DNA of 64,000 bases from a bacterium (GTDB lineage: Bacteria; JAMCPX01), in contig JAJYLN010000006.1 of the NCBI GenBank assembly GCA_021787665.1, positions 7,912 through 71,911 of the forward strand, given 5' to 3'. Position 1 is the first letter of the stretch; every line of letters begins with the position of its first letter. The notes under the pieces were generated by a model. The model was given only the letters and a program-made list of their open reading frames with translations. It was not told the DNA's origin and did no database searches. Shown one piece after another: positions 47,102 through 56,706 of this stretch. Both the position numbers and the translations under genes were made by a program.

Positions 47102-47623
47102 TTAGAACAGGGAAACGCCCTTTGCCTGCATGATGAGCTCGGCGACCTCTCGCACCGCGCCACTGCCGCCGGGTCTTTTCGTAATATAAACTGCACGCTG
47201 TCTTACCGCCTCTACCGCATCGCACACGGCGATGGGTACACCGACCTGACCGAGCACGCCGAGATCCGGCACGTCGTCTCCTATATAGGCTATCTCCCGA
47301 TCCCGGAGCCCGTTGATCTTCTTTATCTCGCTGTAAGCAGTAAGCTTGTCATCGACCTCCTGGTACAGCGTGTCAATCCCGAGGTCCCGTGCCCTTCTCC
47401 CGACGATGTCCGACGACTTTGCTGTGATGATGCCGACCCTGATACCGGCCTCCCTCAGTCTCACCAGCCCGTACCCGTCCTTGACATCGAAGGCCTTGAG
47501 CTCAATGCCGTCCCCGTTATACAGAAGCTTCCCGTCCGTCAGGACCCCGTCGACGTCGAGCAGGAGCATCCTGACTGCCTTCAGCCTATCTCTCAATGCA
47601 GCTTTGTTGTCCTTCCCGGCCAT
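47102..47623 (-). CDS. kdsC: Kdo-8-phosphate phosphatase
   Basis: LLDVDGVLTDG, FDVKDG, YIGDD.PD, GG.GAVRE. Confidence 0.95.
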   Translation of the reverse strand: MAGKDNKAALRDRLKAVRMLLLDVDGVLTDGKLLYNGDGIELKAFDVKDGYGLVRLREAGIRVGIITAKSSDIVGRRARDLGIDTLYQEVDDKLTAYSEIKKINGLRDREIAYIGDDVPDLGVLGQVGVPIAVCDAVEAVRQRAVYITKRPGGSGAVREVAELIMQAKGVSLF

Positions 47624-48321
47624 ATTTTGTCTATAACCCCGTACCTGATGATTGTCCACACGGTAGACATACCGTCCCACCAGCTTATCTTCTTGCCTTC
47701 CCTTCGTGTCCTGCCCCGGTACGAGATCCGGACCTCCCGGACACGGCATTTCATCCGTGCAATCCTGGCAGTCACTTCAGGCTCGAACCCGAACCGGTCA
47801 GACTCGATTGGGATCCTGCCGAATACATCGGACCTGAATGCCTTGTAGCATGTCTCCATATCGGTAAGCGCGAGGCCGTTGAAGCGGTTCGACAGGAACG
47901 TGAGGAAGCGATTGGCCATGGTATGCACGGACGTCAGGGGGCAATGCGCAGGATCAGAAAACCGTGATCCGTACACCACGTCCGCGTCGCCCCTTACGAT
48001 GGGCGCCACGAGCCCCGGATACTCCGCAGGGTCGTACTCGAGATCGCCGTCCTGGATAATCACGATGTCACCCTCGACGTGCGACTGCGCGGTCCGTATC
48101 GCAGCACCCTTGCCCCGGTTGCGGCCGTGATAGAGGAAAAGAAAGCCGTTCTCATAGCCCTCTTCCCGCTCGAGGGACTTCAACACCTCTGTGGTACCGT
48201 CTGTGGAGCAGTCATCGATAATGATGATCTGCTTCGACAGAGGCACCGCTGCCACCCGCTCGAGCAGCTCACGCACGGTATTCTTTTCGTTATATAGAGG
48301 GATAATCACGGAGAGCTTCAT
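47593..48321 (-). CDS. GT2 glycosyltransferase (polyprenol-phosphate mannose synthase-like)
   Basis: DDCSTDGT, NRGKGAA, QDGDLEYDP, YGSRF, DMETCYK, FGFEPE. Confidence 0.92.
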   Translation of the reverse strand: MKLSVIIPLYNEKNTVRELLERVAAVPLSKQIIIIDDCSTDGTTEVLKSLEREEGYENGFLFLYHGRNRGKGAAIRTAQSHVEGDIVIIQDGDLEYDPAEYPGLVAPIVRGDADVVYGSRFSDPAHCPLTSVHTMANRFLTFLSNRFNGLALTDMETCYKAFRSDVFGRIPIESDRFGFEPEVTARIARMKCRVREVRISYRGRTRREGKKISWWDGMSTVWTIIRYGVIDKIWPGRTTKLH

Positions 48322-48353
48322 GCCTTCATCCTCGAGCGGTCCTTACGTGACGA

Positions 48354-49070
48354 TCACGCGGCCTCGTACACTCCATAGATCGTCGTTCCCACGGGCAGAC
48401 GGACCCCGCGGCCTATAAGACGGTTCTCCAGCATCAACAGCCGGTAGAACAGACCATTGAGGGATTTGCCCAATGCCGGGGAATGGATCGAAGTGTTGTC
48501 CTCATGCCGCTTTGCTATCCGTGCAACGGCGACCGGCAAGAAGAGCGAGCAGACCCAATAGCCTGTCTCCACACACCGGAAGTCGCGCAGAAGATCCTTC
48601 AGCATCCTCCTGTTGTATCGTCTCCGGTGCTGGAGCGCCCTGTCGTGGCCGCTGAAGAGGAATTGGAATGCAGGGACGGTAAAAAGGAAAGTGCCTCCAG
48701 GCTTCAGCACCCTGTGGATCTCGCCGACGACAAAACTATCTTTCTCCAGATGTTCCAGGACATCGAAGGTGACCACCATGTCGAACGACGCATCCGGATA
48801 GGGGACACCGTCGCAGACGTCGCAGAGCCTTTTCTCGGCACACAGATCGTCCCGGACCAATGCAAGCGCCTTCGGCTCGATATCGACCACATATACCTCG
48901 CCGCGTCGCTTCAATATCTCCAGCTCCTTGCTGACCCCACAGCCTATGCTCAGTATCTTGCCACGCCCCCGGCCCCTGACTTTCTGCAAAAGGACATCGA
49001 TGAGCTCCGCCTTTGCCTTGAACCAGAAGAAATCCTCGGTCGCGCCTGTCTCCAGATCTCTGTAATCCAT
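48354..49070 (-). CDS. Class I SAM-dependent methyltransferase
   Basis: FWF..K, ILSIGCG, DVLEH, TVPAFQFLFSGHD, HRRRY. Confidence 0.88.
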   Translation of the reverse strand: MDYRDLETGATEDFFWFKAKAELIDVLLQKVRGRGRGKILSIGCGVSKELEILKRRGEVYVVDIEPKALALVRDDLCAEKRLCDVCDGVPYPDASFDMVVTFDVLEHLEKDSFVVGEIHRVLKPGGTFLFTVPAFQFLFSGHDRALQHRRRYNRRMLKDLLRDFRCVETGYWVCSLFLPVAVARIAKRHEDNTSIHSPALGKSLNGLFYRLLMLENRLIGRGVRLPVGTTIYGVYEAA

Positions 49071-49073
49071 ACC

Positions 49074-50069
49074 TCAGAGATCCCGGACCGTGGGGCTTGT
49101 CCCCTGCTCCAGGGGGCCATCGAACCCGACCGCTTCACGGACTATGTAGATAGGCCTCCTTTTCACCTCGCTGTAGATTCTCCCTATATACTCGCCAAGG
49201 ACCCCTATGGTAAAAAGCTGGACTCCTCCGAGAAACAGCACGACAGAGAGCAGCGAAGGATAGCCCGGGACCGGGTTCCCCCGCACCAACGTATCCACGA
49301 TAATGAAAATGGCATACATGAATGCAAGCAGCGCAATGAAAAGTCCGATATACGTGGCAAACTGAAGGGGAACAGAGCTAAAAGAGGTTATCCCATCTAT
49401 GGCAAAGTTCCAAAGCTTCCAGTAATTCCACGCGGTCTTGCCGGCATTCCGTGACTCTCTGTGGTAAAACACAGCGGTCTGTTTATAGCCGACCCACTGA
49501 AACAGGCCTTTCATGAAGCGATTCCTCTCCTGGAGCCTTTTCAGCGATTCTACCGCGGGCCGGCTGATGAGTCGGAAGTCCCCTGTATCTTTGGGGATCT
49601 CTATATTCGTGACCCTGTTTGCAAGCCGATAGAAGCTATGGGCGGTCCACCGCTTGAACCAGCTCTCCCCTTCCCTCGACCTTCGTGTTGCATACACGAT
49701 GTCGTACCCTTCCCTCCACTTCGCGATGAGCGCCGGGATCGTCTCGGGAGGGTCCTGGAGGTCGGCGTCTATGGGTATGACGCACGCCCCTGATGAAAAA
49801 TCGATGCCCGCGGTCAGGGCAGCCTCTTTCCCGAAGTTCCGTGCAAAGCTGATGACCTTCACGTTCGGGTCCCTCTTGCGCAGGGCCAGCAAGAGCTCCA
49901 GCGTGTCATCTGTAGAGCCGTCATTCACACAGATGAGCTCATAGCTTACACCGACACCATCGATGACCTTCTTTGCCCTCGAATAGAAAGCGGTAATATT
50001 CCCGGCCTCGTTGTGCATGGGCACGACGAGCGACAAAACTATCTTTTTCTCCCTGTCCGCTTCCAGCAA
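49074..50069 (-). CDS. GtrB/YkoT-like bactoprenol glycosyltransferase (GT2 plus 2 TM)
   Basis: VNDGSTD, RNFGKEAALTAG, IDADLQDPP, DTGDFRL, NFAIDGITSFS, GEYIGRIY.EVK.RP.Y. TTG start with SD. Confidence 0.92.
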   Translation of the reverse strand: MLEADREKKIVLSLVVPMHNEAGNITAFYSRAKKVIDGVGVSYELICVNDGSTDDTLELLLALRKRDPNVKVISFARNFGKEAALTAGIDFSSGACVIPIDADLQDPPETIPALIAKWREGYDIVYATRRSREGESWFKRWTAHSFYRLANRVTNIEIPKDTGDFRLISRPAVESLKRLQERNRFMKGLFQWVGYKQTAVFYHRESRNAGKTAWNYWKLWNFAIDGITSFSSVPLQFATYIGLFIALLAFMYAIFIIVDTLVRGNPVPGYPSLLSVVLFLGGVQLFTIGVLGEYIGRIYSEVKRRPIYIVREAVGFDGPLEQGTSPTVRDL

Positions 50070-50259
50070 ATCTACTCCGCCTCCTCAAGATCGGTGCTAT
50101 CGCATTAACCCATACTTCCCGGGAAGAGTCAATTCTTAGCTCAGGCGGCCTTACCCTTGCCATTTCTGCTGTTTGAATATACAAAATTCGAATAACCATG
50201 CGGGCCGGCACGGAGATCGACCCATGGTTTACGCTGTAGAGCTACAGTGTTTTTAGCTT

Positions 50260-50539
50260 TCATTCAATCTCTTCTATAAAGGTGTATAAGTCTTTAGCTC
50301 CGGATCGAAGATTTGCAAGAATCAACCCGTCGTCCATTGTCCAATATCCGTGAACAAGTGCATGGCGGAACTTAAAGAAAGGCTGAAGATTGGCAAATAC
50401 CCGGTCGGAAATGTTCCCTTCTTTGATCACTGTCTTTGTCTACAATAAGTCTCCCATTCAACACATGCTGCAAATATAGGCAAAAATAACCCTTTCCTCT
50501 CTTTCTAAAACATTTTTTTATAGAGCCTACAATATCCAT
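50260..50539 (-). pseudogene. Decayed MNT-HEPN (DUF86-type) toxin-antitoxin remnant
   Basis: ATG 50539 gives MDIVGSI, then a +1 shift in an A7 run restores KNVLEREERVIFAYI (MNT N-terminus). It is followed by a HEPN C-terminal fragment, FKFRHALVHGYW...DLYTFIEEIE*, containing Rx4H. Confidence 0.65.
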
Positions 50540-50658
50540 ACCTCTTTCCCTTTGTCAATTGTGTAGCCCTGACCCCAGTCTTTTCCCTCTTTTAATTACA
50601 CGTGGTTACTTCTACATAAGAGGTCTTTTTTACCCACTCACTTTGGAGAAGAGCCAAT

Positions 50659-52500
50659 TTATTGAGCTGTCCATATTAGTGTACCATTAATAACCGTCCT
50701 TTTCAAGGAATGAAGTTTGTCAATTATGATAGGTTCTTTAGCATACGGCTCATGCCAAATTCGCATGAATTTTATATATATTTTAGATTTATTTATATTT
50801 GTATCGTCGACTTTTATATAATTTATTTTTCCTAACATAACATATCCCTCCTTATTTTGATTATAACAGTATTCAGGATATGATTCAATATCCAAAAGAA
50901 ATATATTTTTATTAACCAAATCAATTTTATCTGATTGTTTCTCGGGCTTTATATCAACAAATTGAGAAATGTGCTGAACTATATTTACCATCTTCTGAGA
51001 ATGGAGATAAAACAAAAATTTATTATCCCAATCATATCCCTTTAGCCAGCCTCTCAGCCCATTAAACACAAATGCTGGATAGGGATCATATTTATAGTTA
51101 TATTTTACTAATATCGTTGAATTTTCCGGAATATTTTTAAGAATGTTATTCTCTAATGCTTTTTCCAAAGTCTCTCTTCCATAGTAAAGATCTGTATTGG
51201 CTTTATCAACTACGGCTCTATTACAGTTTAAATTTATTAATATTATTAAACTTATACCCGTCGTCAAAATAAGCTGTAGTATTATTTTGTTATTAGCCTT
51301 AATTATTTTGTTTATTAAAACTACTATCCCTGCAAGAATCATTAATGAACCATAATATTGAATATAAACTGGAAGATATCCCACCCCCCAGCCACCATAC
51401 CAATTCAATTCTTGTTGATATTTAGCCGATAACGAAATTGGTAAAGCTGGAAGTACTACTAAACTGACCCCTAATAAAAGAATTTTATGCCAATTTATCA
51501 TGTTGAAATCAATTTTTTTCATTAAACTCCAATAGATAACGTTGAATATAACTACGCTCATCATATCTGTGCTTTTAATATTTCTAAATACATATAAAAT
51601 ATTATGATTAAATAAATGAGCAGGATTATTTATATAGTAACTTAAAGGTATTGAAGAAAATGATTGCATAAATAAAGTCTTTACAATCAACACCAGATTA
51701 AAATTAAAAGTTATACCACTATACTCTTTATTGACCGCAAAGCGAACCACTAAATTAATAATTATTGATATAAAAATAGAATATATAAAAGGTAAGTACC
51801 TTCTTAAGGATAATTTTAGATTTTTAAAATGGTCGAATATTAGGATAAAAATCAATAAAGCCAAAGGAACACTTATTTCATACGCATATAACGAAACGTT
51901 GAATAAAATAAGACTTATCACTAAATATAATCTATCATTATGATCTAAATACTTCTGCAAAAATATTAACGAGCACATTAGATAACAGAAAAAAAACTGT
52001 AAATGACCTGCAAATGATAATATAGGATCGTGGTATAGTCTAAATTGAAAACATATCGGAGCGCATAACATTAAAATATACGCAAAATATATTTCTTTAA
52101 AAACTATTTTAATGAAGTAACCAAATAAATAAATATTAATAATTATCAGAACAAGGATTAGTGCTTTGTATAAAAATAAATTATAAAAATAATATGAAAC
52201 AGCAACTAGCGTAAATATACTTACTGGAATAAACCTGCCTTGATCTTTAAACATATATATAACGAAATTAATCCAGTAGTGCACAAAAGATATGTTCTCT
52301 AATAAGATTTGCCCTCTTATGGACGAATTCACCATATCATCAGAATAATAGCCACTATGAAGAAGTGGAAGCATAGACAATATAATATATAAACTCATCA
52401 AACTATAAATTATGATTGTTGTTATAATATTTATTCGTGAGTAATTTTTTATATTATTAATTCTCATCATTCTATTTTTACATTTCTTTGAAAGAATCAA
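50659..52500 (-). CDS. Multi-TM membrane protein, GT-C / GtrC-like glycosyltransferase candidate
   Basis: Early periplasmic YYSDD, GRFIP, YE motif, about 11 TMs plus a C-terminal soluble tail. Extremely AT-rich; lies upstream of a gtrB-like gene. Confidence 0.6.
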   Translation of the reverse strand: MILSKKCKNRMMRINNIKNYSRINIITTIIIYSLMSLYIILSMLPLLHSGYYSDDMVNSSIRGQILLENISFVHYWINFVIYMFKDQGRFIPVSIFTLVAVSYYFYNLFLYKALILVLIIINIYLFGYFIKIVFKEIYFAYILMLCAPICFQFRLYHDPILSFAGHLQFFFCYLMCSLIFLQKYLDHNDRLYLVISLILFNVSLYAYEISVPLALLIFILIFDHFKNLKLSLRRYLPFIYSIFISIIINLVVRFAVNKEYSGITFNFNLVLIVKTLFMQSFSSIPLSYYINNPAHLFNHNILYVFRNIKSTDMMSVVIFNVIYWSLMKKIDFNMINWHKILLLGVSLVVLPALPISLSAKYQQELNWYGGWGVGYLPVYIQYYGSLMILAGIVVLINKIIKANNKIILQLILTTGISLIILINLNCNRAVVDKANTDLYYGRETLEKALENNILKNIPENSTILVKYNYKYDPYPAFVFNGLRGWLKGYDWDNKFLFYLHSQKMVNIVQHISQFVDIKPEKQSDKIDLVNKNIFLLDIESYPEYCYNQNKEGYVMLGKINYIKVDDTNINKSKIYIKFMRIWHEPYAKEPIIIDKLHSLKRTVINGTLIWTAQ

Positions 52501-53671
52501 TTAATCCATTCCCTATATGTTCCCATGAGTAATTCAATGTTACCGTTCTTCTTGCTTCTTCGCCAATCGTTTTTCTCCTGGAATTATTTTTCAGGAGATC
52601 TATAACTGCTCTCGCAAAAGCTTTTGGATGGTCTTCAATACAAATGTCTTTGCCGTTTGTGACCTTCAGCCCATCTGCTCCACGGGAGGTTGCAACCACC
52701 GGTTTTTTTAGCGCCATGGCTTCGAGGATCTTTGTCCGTGTTCCGCTACCCTGCAAAAACGGTGCAACCATCAGAGCATGTCTTGTCATAAATTGAACAG
52801 CATCGGGGACATACCCGGTTATAATTATGTTTTTACCGTCCGAAAATCGCCGGAGATCTCCGGCAGGGTCTTTCCCGGCAATATAAAACTTCACGCCCGG
52901 GACAGCCTGCTTTACCGAAGGGAATATCTTTTCAAGAAAATAAGAAACAGCCTGCACATTGGGAGGATACCGCATAAGCCCGATAAAATAAACAGAGTTT
53001 TGTTCCTCAGGTTCATTGGAAACAAATCTGTCTAGATCTACCCCATTGGGAATGACTGCTCTCTGCACATTCGGCGCTATCTCTTTTATTTTTGTATCTT
53101 CTGACTCGGATGTGGAGACTATAAGGTCAAAATACGGCATGAACCTCTTCTCATTGATAACCATCGATTTCCAGAACACATAATAAGGAGATCGCTTCAA
53201 CAGGTTGCTGTCATTGTAAAACTGTTTCCAGAGGTCTGCCTCGATATTGTGCGCATCAAGGACGGTTTTTATACCCGAAGTGTTGAACATGGGAACGTAC
53301 GGAGCAAGCCATGAATGTTCAATGATGGCAAAATCCGGTCTCACTGCTTTTATGTAATCTGCAAGAATGTTTCTCGCCGCTGCGTAAAGGAAGGTGTCAA
53401 CCGACGGATTTTTCAAAAACAGCATCCTCCTGCCATTTCTCAGCAGTTTACTGACAATATCTTTCCTGTGCTTCGGGACGTTTATGGTGATGCAATTCTT
53501 GCAGTATTTCATGAGTTCTGATGTTTCTAGGGCTCGCTGTTCAACGAGAAAAGAAAAAAGATAGATCTCAAACTTTTTACTGAGCGCTTTTATTATATTG
53601 AATGTCCGTATGTGACCACCTTCATCAAGCGGCCAGGGGAAATAGGGAGAAAGGACAAGGAGTTTCTTCAT
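52478..53671 (-). CDS. GT4 glycosyltransferase
   Basis: PWPLDEGGHIR, DAHNIE, IPNGVD, GSGTRTKILEAMA. Confidence 0.92.
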   Translation of the reverse strand: MKKLLVLSPYFPWPLDEGGHIRTFNIIKALSKKFEIYLFSFLVEQRALETSELMKYCKNCITINVPKHRKDIVSKLLRNGRRMLFLKNPSVDTFLYAAARNILADYIKAVRPDFAIIEHSWLAPYVPMFNTSGIKTVLDAHNIEADLWKQFYNDSNLLKRSPYYVFWKSMVINEKRFMPYFDLIVSTSESEDTKIKEIAPNVQRAVIPNGVDLDRFVSNEPEEQNSVYFIGLMRYPPNVQAVSYFLEKIFPSVKQAVPGVKFYIAGKDPAGDLRRFSDGKNIIITGYVPDAVQFMTRHALMVAPFLQGSGTRTKILEAMALKKPVVATSRGADGLKVTNGKDICIEDHPKAFARAVIDLLKNNSRRKTIGEEARRTVTLNYSWEHIGNGLIDSFKEM

Positions 53672-53721
53672 GTCTGTAACAGTTTAATCCGAAGACTTAA
53701 ACACTGATGCACGCATGTTCT

Positions 53722-56706
53722 CTAACTTTTTTCTGCCTTGGCAAATATCGTATTCAAGAAAAGTGGTCGGGCTGCTGTGATAGCAGGTATTTCTGCCAGG
53801 AGCTTAATGGTCAGATCCGCAGTTTTAGTGTTCCAGTTTGAAGGCGTATTGAGATAGCCTATTTTTATGTTCTGAAAACCGGAGCCTTTCAATAGAGAAA
53901 AGACTTCTCCCGGGGTATATTCACGATTATGTCTGTCTGTACTGCCGTAGAATATCGGTGGATCCCAAAAAATATTTTCCCCCCGCATAAGTGCAAAAAC
54001 ATTGCTGATATTGGATACATTGGGTGTAGACATGATCAGTATCCCGCCTGGTGACAACACCCTGTTTATTTCTTCCAATACCTTTGCAGGATGTTGGATT
54101 GCTATATGCTCGAGGACTTCGGTGAAAACGATACAATCGAAGGTATTATCAGCATAGGGAATCTTTTCATTTTCAAAGTTACATTGTTTGATATGCAGTC
54201 TTTCGACAAATGATTTCGGATATTTATAAAGGTATTCGCTATTTAAATCGATACCATAAACATCCATACCCATCGCATCCAGAGCCATGCCGAGATGTCC
54301 CGGAGAACAACCGAGTTCCAGCACCTTTCGAATCGCTTTTTTCTTGTGTTCAAGGATTACCTGGAGGGTAAAGATATAACGTTGCCTTGATGTATCAAAA
54401 TATGTTTTTACATCATCGGACTGCCCGGATAGCTTGCCCTTTAATGTGTTCAGCAATTTTATTGCTTCTTTTTTTGTGGAAAATGTCACCGATAATGTCG
54501 GCGGAGGGAAATATTTTGTATCATCCTCGATTAATTCCTCGACCATAGTCATAAGCTGTTTATCTGTCTTATGGTACGCACTATTACTTTCGAGATGAGT
54601 GGTTTTGTTTGCAGGATCCGGCAGCGGAGTACTATGGCCCTCTATTACGGTCGCTTTGCCGTTCATGATAACTTGTTTGTAAAGATCTTTATAAAACTCC
54701 GGGAGCTCAACCCCGTATTTCTGTAAGCCTTTAAGAAAATTCCCCCAGAATCCTTCGGTGTTCTTCCAGTGTCCTTCTTTAAGAAAGAGTTCTTTATACT
54801 TCTCCGGATGTTTTTTTAGTAATAAAGCATCTTTCTCAAAAAATTTGTTTCTCTCACCAACGGATTCTCTTTCTATAGCGCGCTTATGCGGGGGATGGAA
54901 AACCTCCACATCTTTGGCAAAGGGTATTGCCCCGTATGCTAAGGCGCGCCATCCAAAATCAGTATCTTCTCGGAAGTGTGGGTTGTCAAAGTTTTCATCG
55001 AACCCATTGAGTCTGTTAAAAGTATCAACTTTAACAAAAAGGTTTGCAGTCATAAAACCAATGCCTTCAAACCCTTCATTGGTTACTATTCTATAATCCG
55101 GACTGTCCGTTGCATTGGATTTTATAATGCCCTCTACACCGACAACATCGGTCCTGTTAAAATAAGCGCTTGCTTTCTCCAGCCAGGTATCGGAAGGCAG
55201 GCAGTCATCATCGACAAAAGCCAGAATAGAACCTTGGGCATAAAATGCTCCCCTATTCCTGGCTTTGGTTGCTCCAATAATATTCGTATGGATATAGAAT
55301 AATTGGAAATCAAAGTCTTGGGCCTTGTATGACCATATATCTTTACTTTGATCAACGACGATAACCTCAAAATTGCGATATGTTTGTCTTGATAGCTTAT
55401 CCATTACCTTGAACAGGAGCGCATGTCTTTCATAGGTCGGGATTATGACGGAAAACAAAGGTCTCCCTGCAGGAAGAGCATCGCGGAACTTAAGAAACAA
55501 GGTACCAAGCATGGGGGAGATGCGTTCCCATGAATATTTCTCTTCTACTGTCTTCCTTGCGCACGCACCCACAAGCAGCCTCTCGGCCTTGTTTTCTATA
55601 ATTTCTTTTATCCTCGGAACAAACTCTTCTTTTCCATAAATTTTAAATGCATCAGGGAAAGAAGGTTCGATACCCCGTGCCCCGACAGCGGTAGTCAGAA
55701 CGGGCAGTCCCGCCGCCATGAAATCAAACATCTTGATGTTTGTACCAGATCCGCTAAACATGGGGTTTATGGCAAAATCAGCCGCCTGAAGGTAGCGGAG
55801 CTTATCCCGCTCTTCAAGGAAGCCGGTAATCTTTAGATTGTTGGCATGTTCAGAGTTCTCCTTGTCGATGCCCTCACTAACACCGCCTGCAATTACGAAC
55901 GTTACGTCAGGCAACTGCGGACACAGGACCTTACGTATATAGTTTGCTGCCTCTGCATTGGGCGGATAGTTGCTACCTATAAAGATAGCTACCTTTTGTT
56001 TTCCCAATCCGATCTCTTGCTTTACCCTTTCCTTCTCATCCTGAGAAACGGGCTTTATTTTCTCAGTGAAAACACCGTTGGGAACAATTTTTATTTTTTC
56101 AAAAGATACATCGTATAATCTGTTGAACAATTCCCTATCTGTAGCTGAACACGCGAGTACCGTGTCAGCGGTATGGCATAGCTCATATTCCACTTTTATC
56201 ACTTCTTTGACAAGATCTGTGCCGGTGCCGCCATCGTCAAGAAGCGTTGTGCGTAATAAGCCCTCCACATTATGAGTGTCATATACAACGAGTTGTATGC
56301 CCTTCTTAAGCAGATCTTTTACAAGCGGATAGATCCATGGATGGGAGAAAATCAGTATATCCGCATTGACGACCTCCTTTCTAACAAAGTTTACATAGTC
56401 GGATGAAAGATAGGCAAACTGATGAAACGTTGAATCTATGATTGTTTTCCCGTCGACCTTATCCTGCAGTTTTTGGCACTCATAAAAATGCGCTTCGCTT
56501 AAAGGGATATCGATTTCTCTGAGAGACTTGCTTAAGTTATGGTCCCGGTACTTTTCACCGGGCCAATCATACGTGCCAACGTAAGTTGTCTGCATGCCCT
56601 TCCCAAGATTATGATAGAGCCCAAGGAGACGTAACCTTCCACCTCCTATAGGTGGATCTATGGGCTGCATATCAAGTACTAAAACATTATACTGTTTGTC
56701 TGTCAT
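53722..56706 (-). CDS. Three-domain fusion: GT4 + GT2 + SAM methyltransferase
   Basis: GT4 (GSGTNIKMFDFMAAGLP), GT2 (IIPTYER, VDQS, FVDDD, EDTDF), methyltransferase (LELGCSPGH, FTEVLEH, STPN, HNREYT). Start placed at MTDKQ. Confidence 0.88.
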   Translation of the reverse strand: MTDKQYNVLVLDMQPIDPPIGGGRLRLLGLYHNLGKGMQTTYVGTYDWPGEKYRDHNLSKSLREIDIPLSEAHFYECQKLQDKVDGKTIIDSTFHQFAYLSSDYVNFVRKEVVNADILIFSHPWIYPLVKDLLKKGIQLVVYDTHNVEGLLRTTLLDDGGTGTDLVKEVIKVEYELCHTADTVLACSATDRELFNRLYDVSFEKIKIVPNGVFTEKIKPVSQDEKERVKQEIGLGKQKVAIFIGSNYPPNAEAANYIRKVLCPQLPDVTFVIAGGVSEGIDKENSEHANNLKITGFLEERDKLRYLQAADFAINPMFSGSGTNIKMFDFMAAGLPVLTTAVGARGIEPSFPDAFKIYGKEEFVPRIKEIIENKAERLLVGACARKTVEEKYSWERISPMLGTLFLKFRDALPAGRPLFSVIIPTYERHALLFKVMDKLSRQTYRNFEVIVVDQSKDIWSYKAQDFDFQLFYIHTNIIGATKARNRGAFYAQGSILAFVDDDCLPSDTWLEKASAYFNRTDVVGVEGIIKSNATDSPDYRIVTNEGFEGIGFMTANLFVKVDTFNRLNGFDENFDNPHFREDTDFGWRALAYGAIPFAKDVEVFHPPHKRAIERESVGERNKFFEKDALLLKKHPEKYKELFLKEGHWKNTEGFWGNFLKGLQKYGVELPEFYKDLYKQVIMNGKATVIEGHSTPLPDPANKTTHLESNSAYHKTDKQLMTMVEELIEDDTKYFPPPTLSVTFSTKKEAIKLLNTLKGKLSGQSDDVKTYFDTSRQRYIFTLQVILEHKKKAIRKVLELGCSPGHLGMALDAMGMDVYGIDLNSEYLYKYPKSFVERLHIKQCNFENEKIPYADNTFDCIVFTEVLEHIAIQHPAKVLEEINRVLSPGGILIMSTPNVSNISNVFALMRGENIFWDPPIFYGSTDRHNREYTPGEVFSLLKGSGFQNIKIGYLNTPSNWNTKTADLTIKLLAEIPAITAARPLFLNTIFAKAEKS

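Noticed and set aside
50140-50165. GG-N10-GC (TGGCAAGGGTAAGGC) as a sigma54 promoter for gtrB
   Set aside because: It lacks the TTGC/TGC -12 context, and a TTGACT-type promoter nearer the gene is a simpler explanation.
50555-50580. GGGGTCAGGGCTACACAA as a mobile-element or REP end at the island border
   Set aside because: Only one copy was seen, with no partner repeat or transposase.
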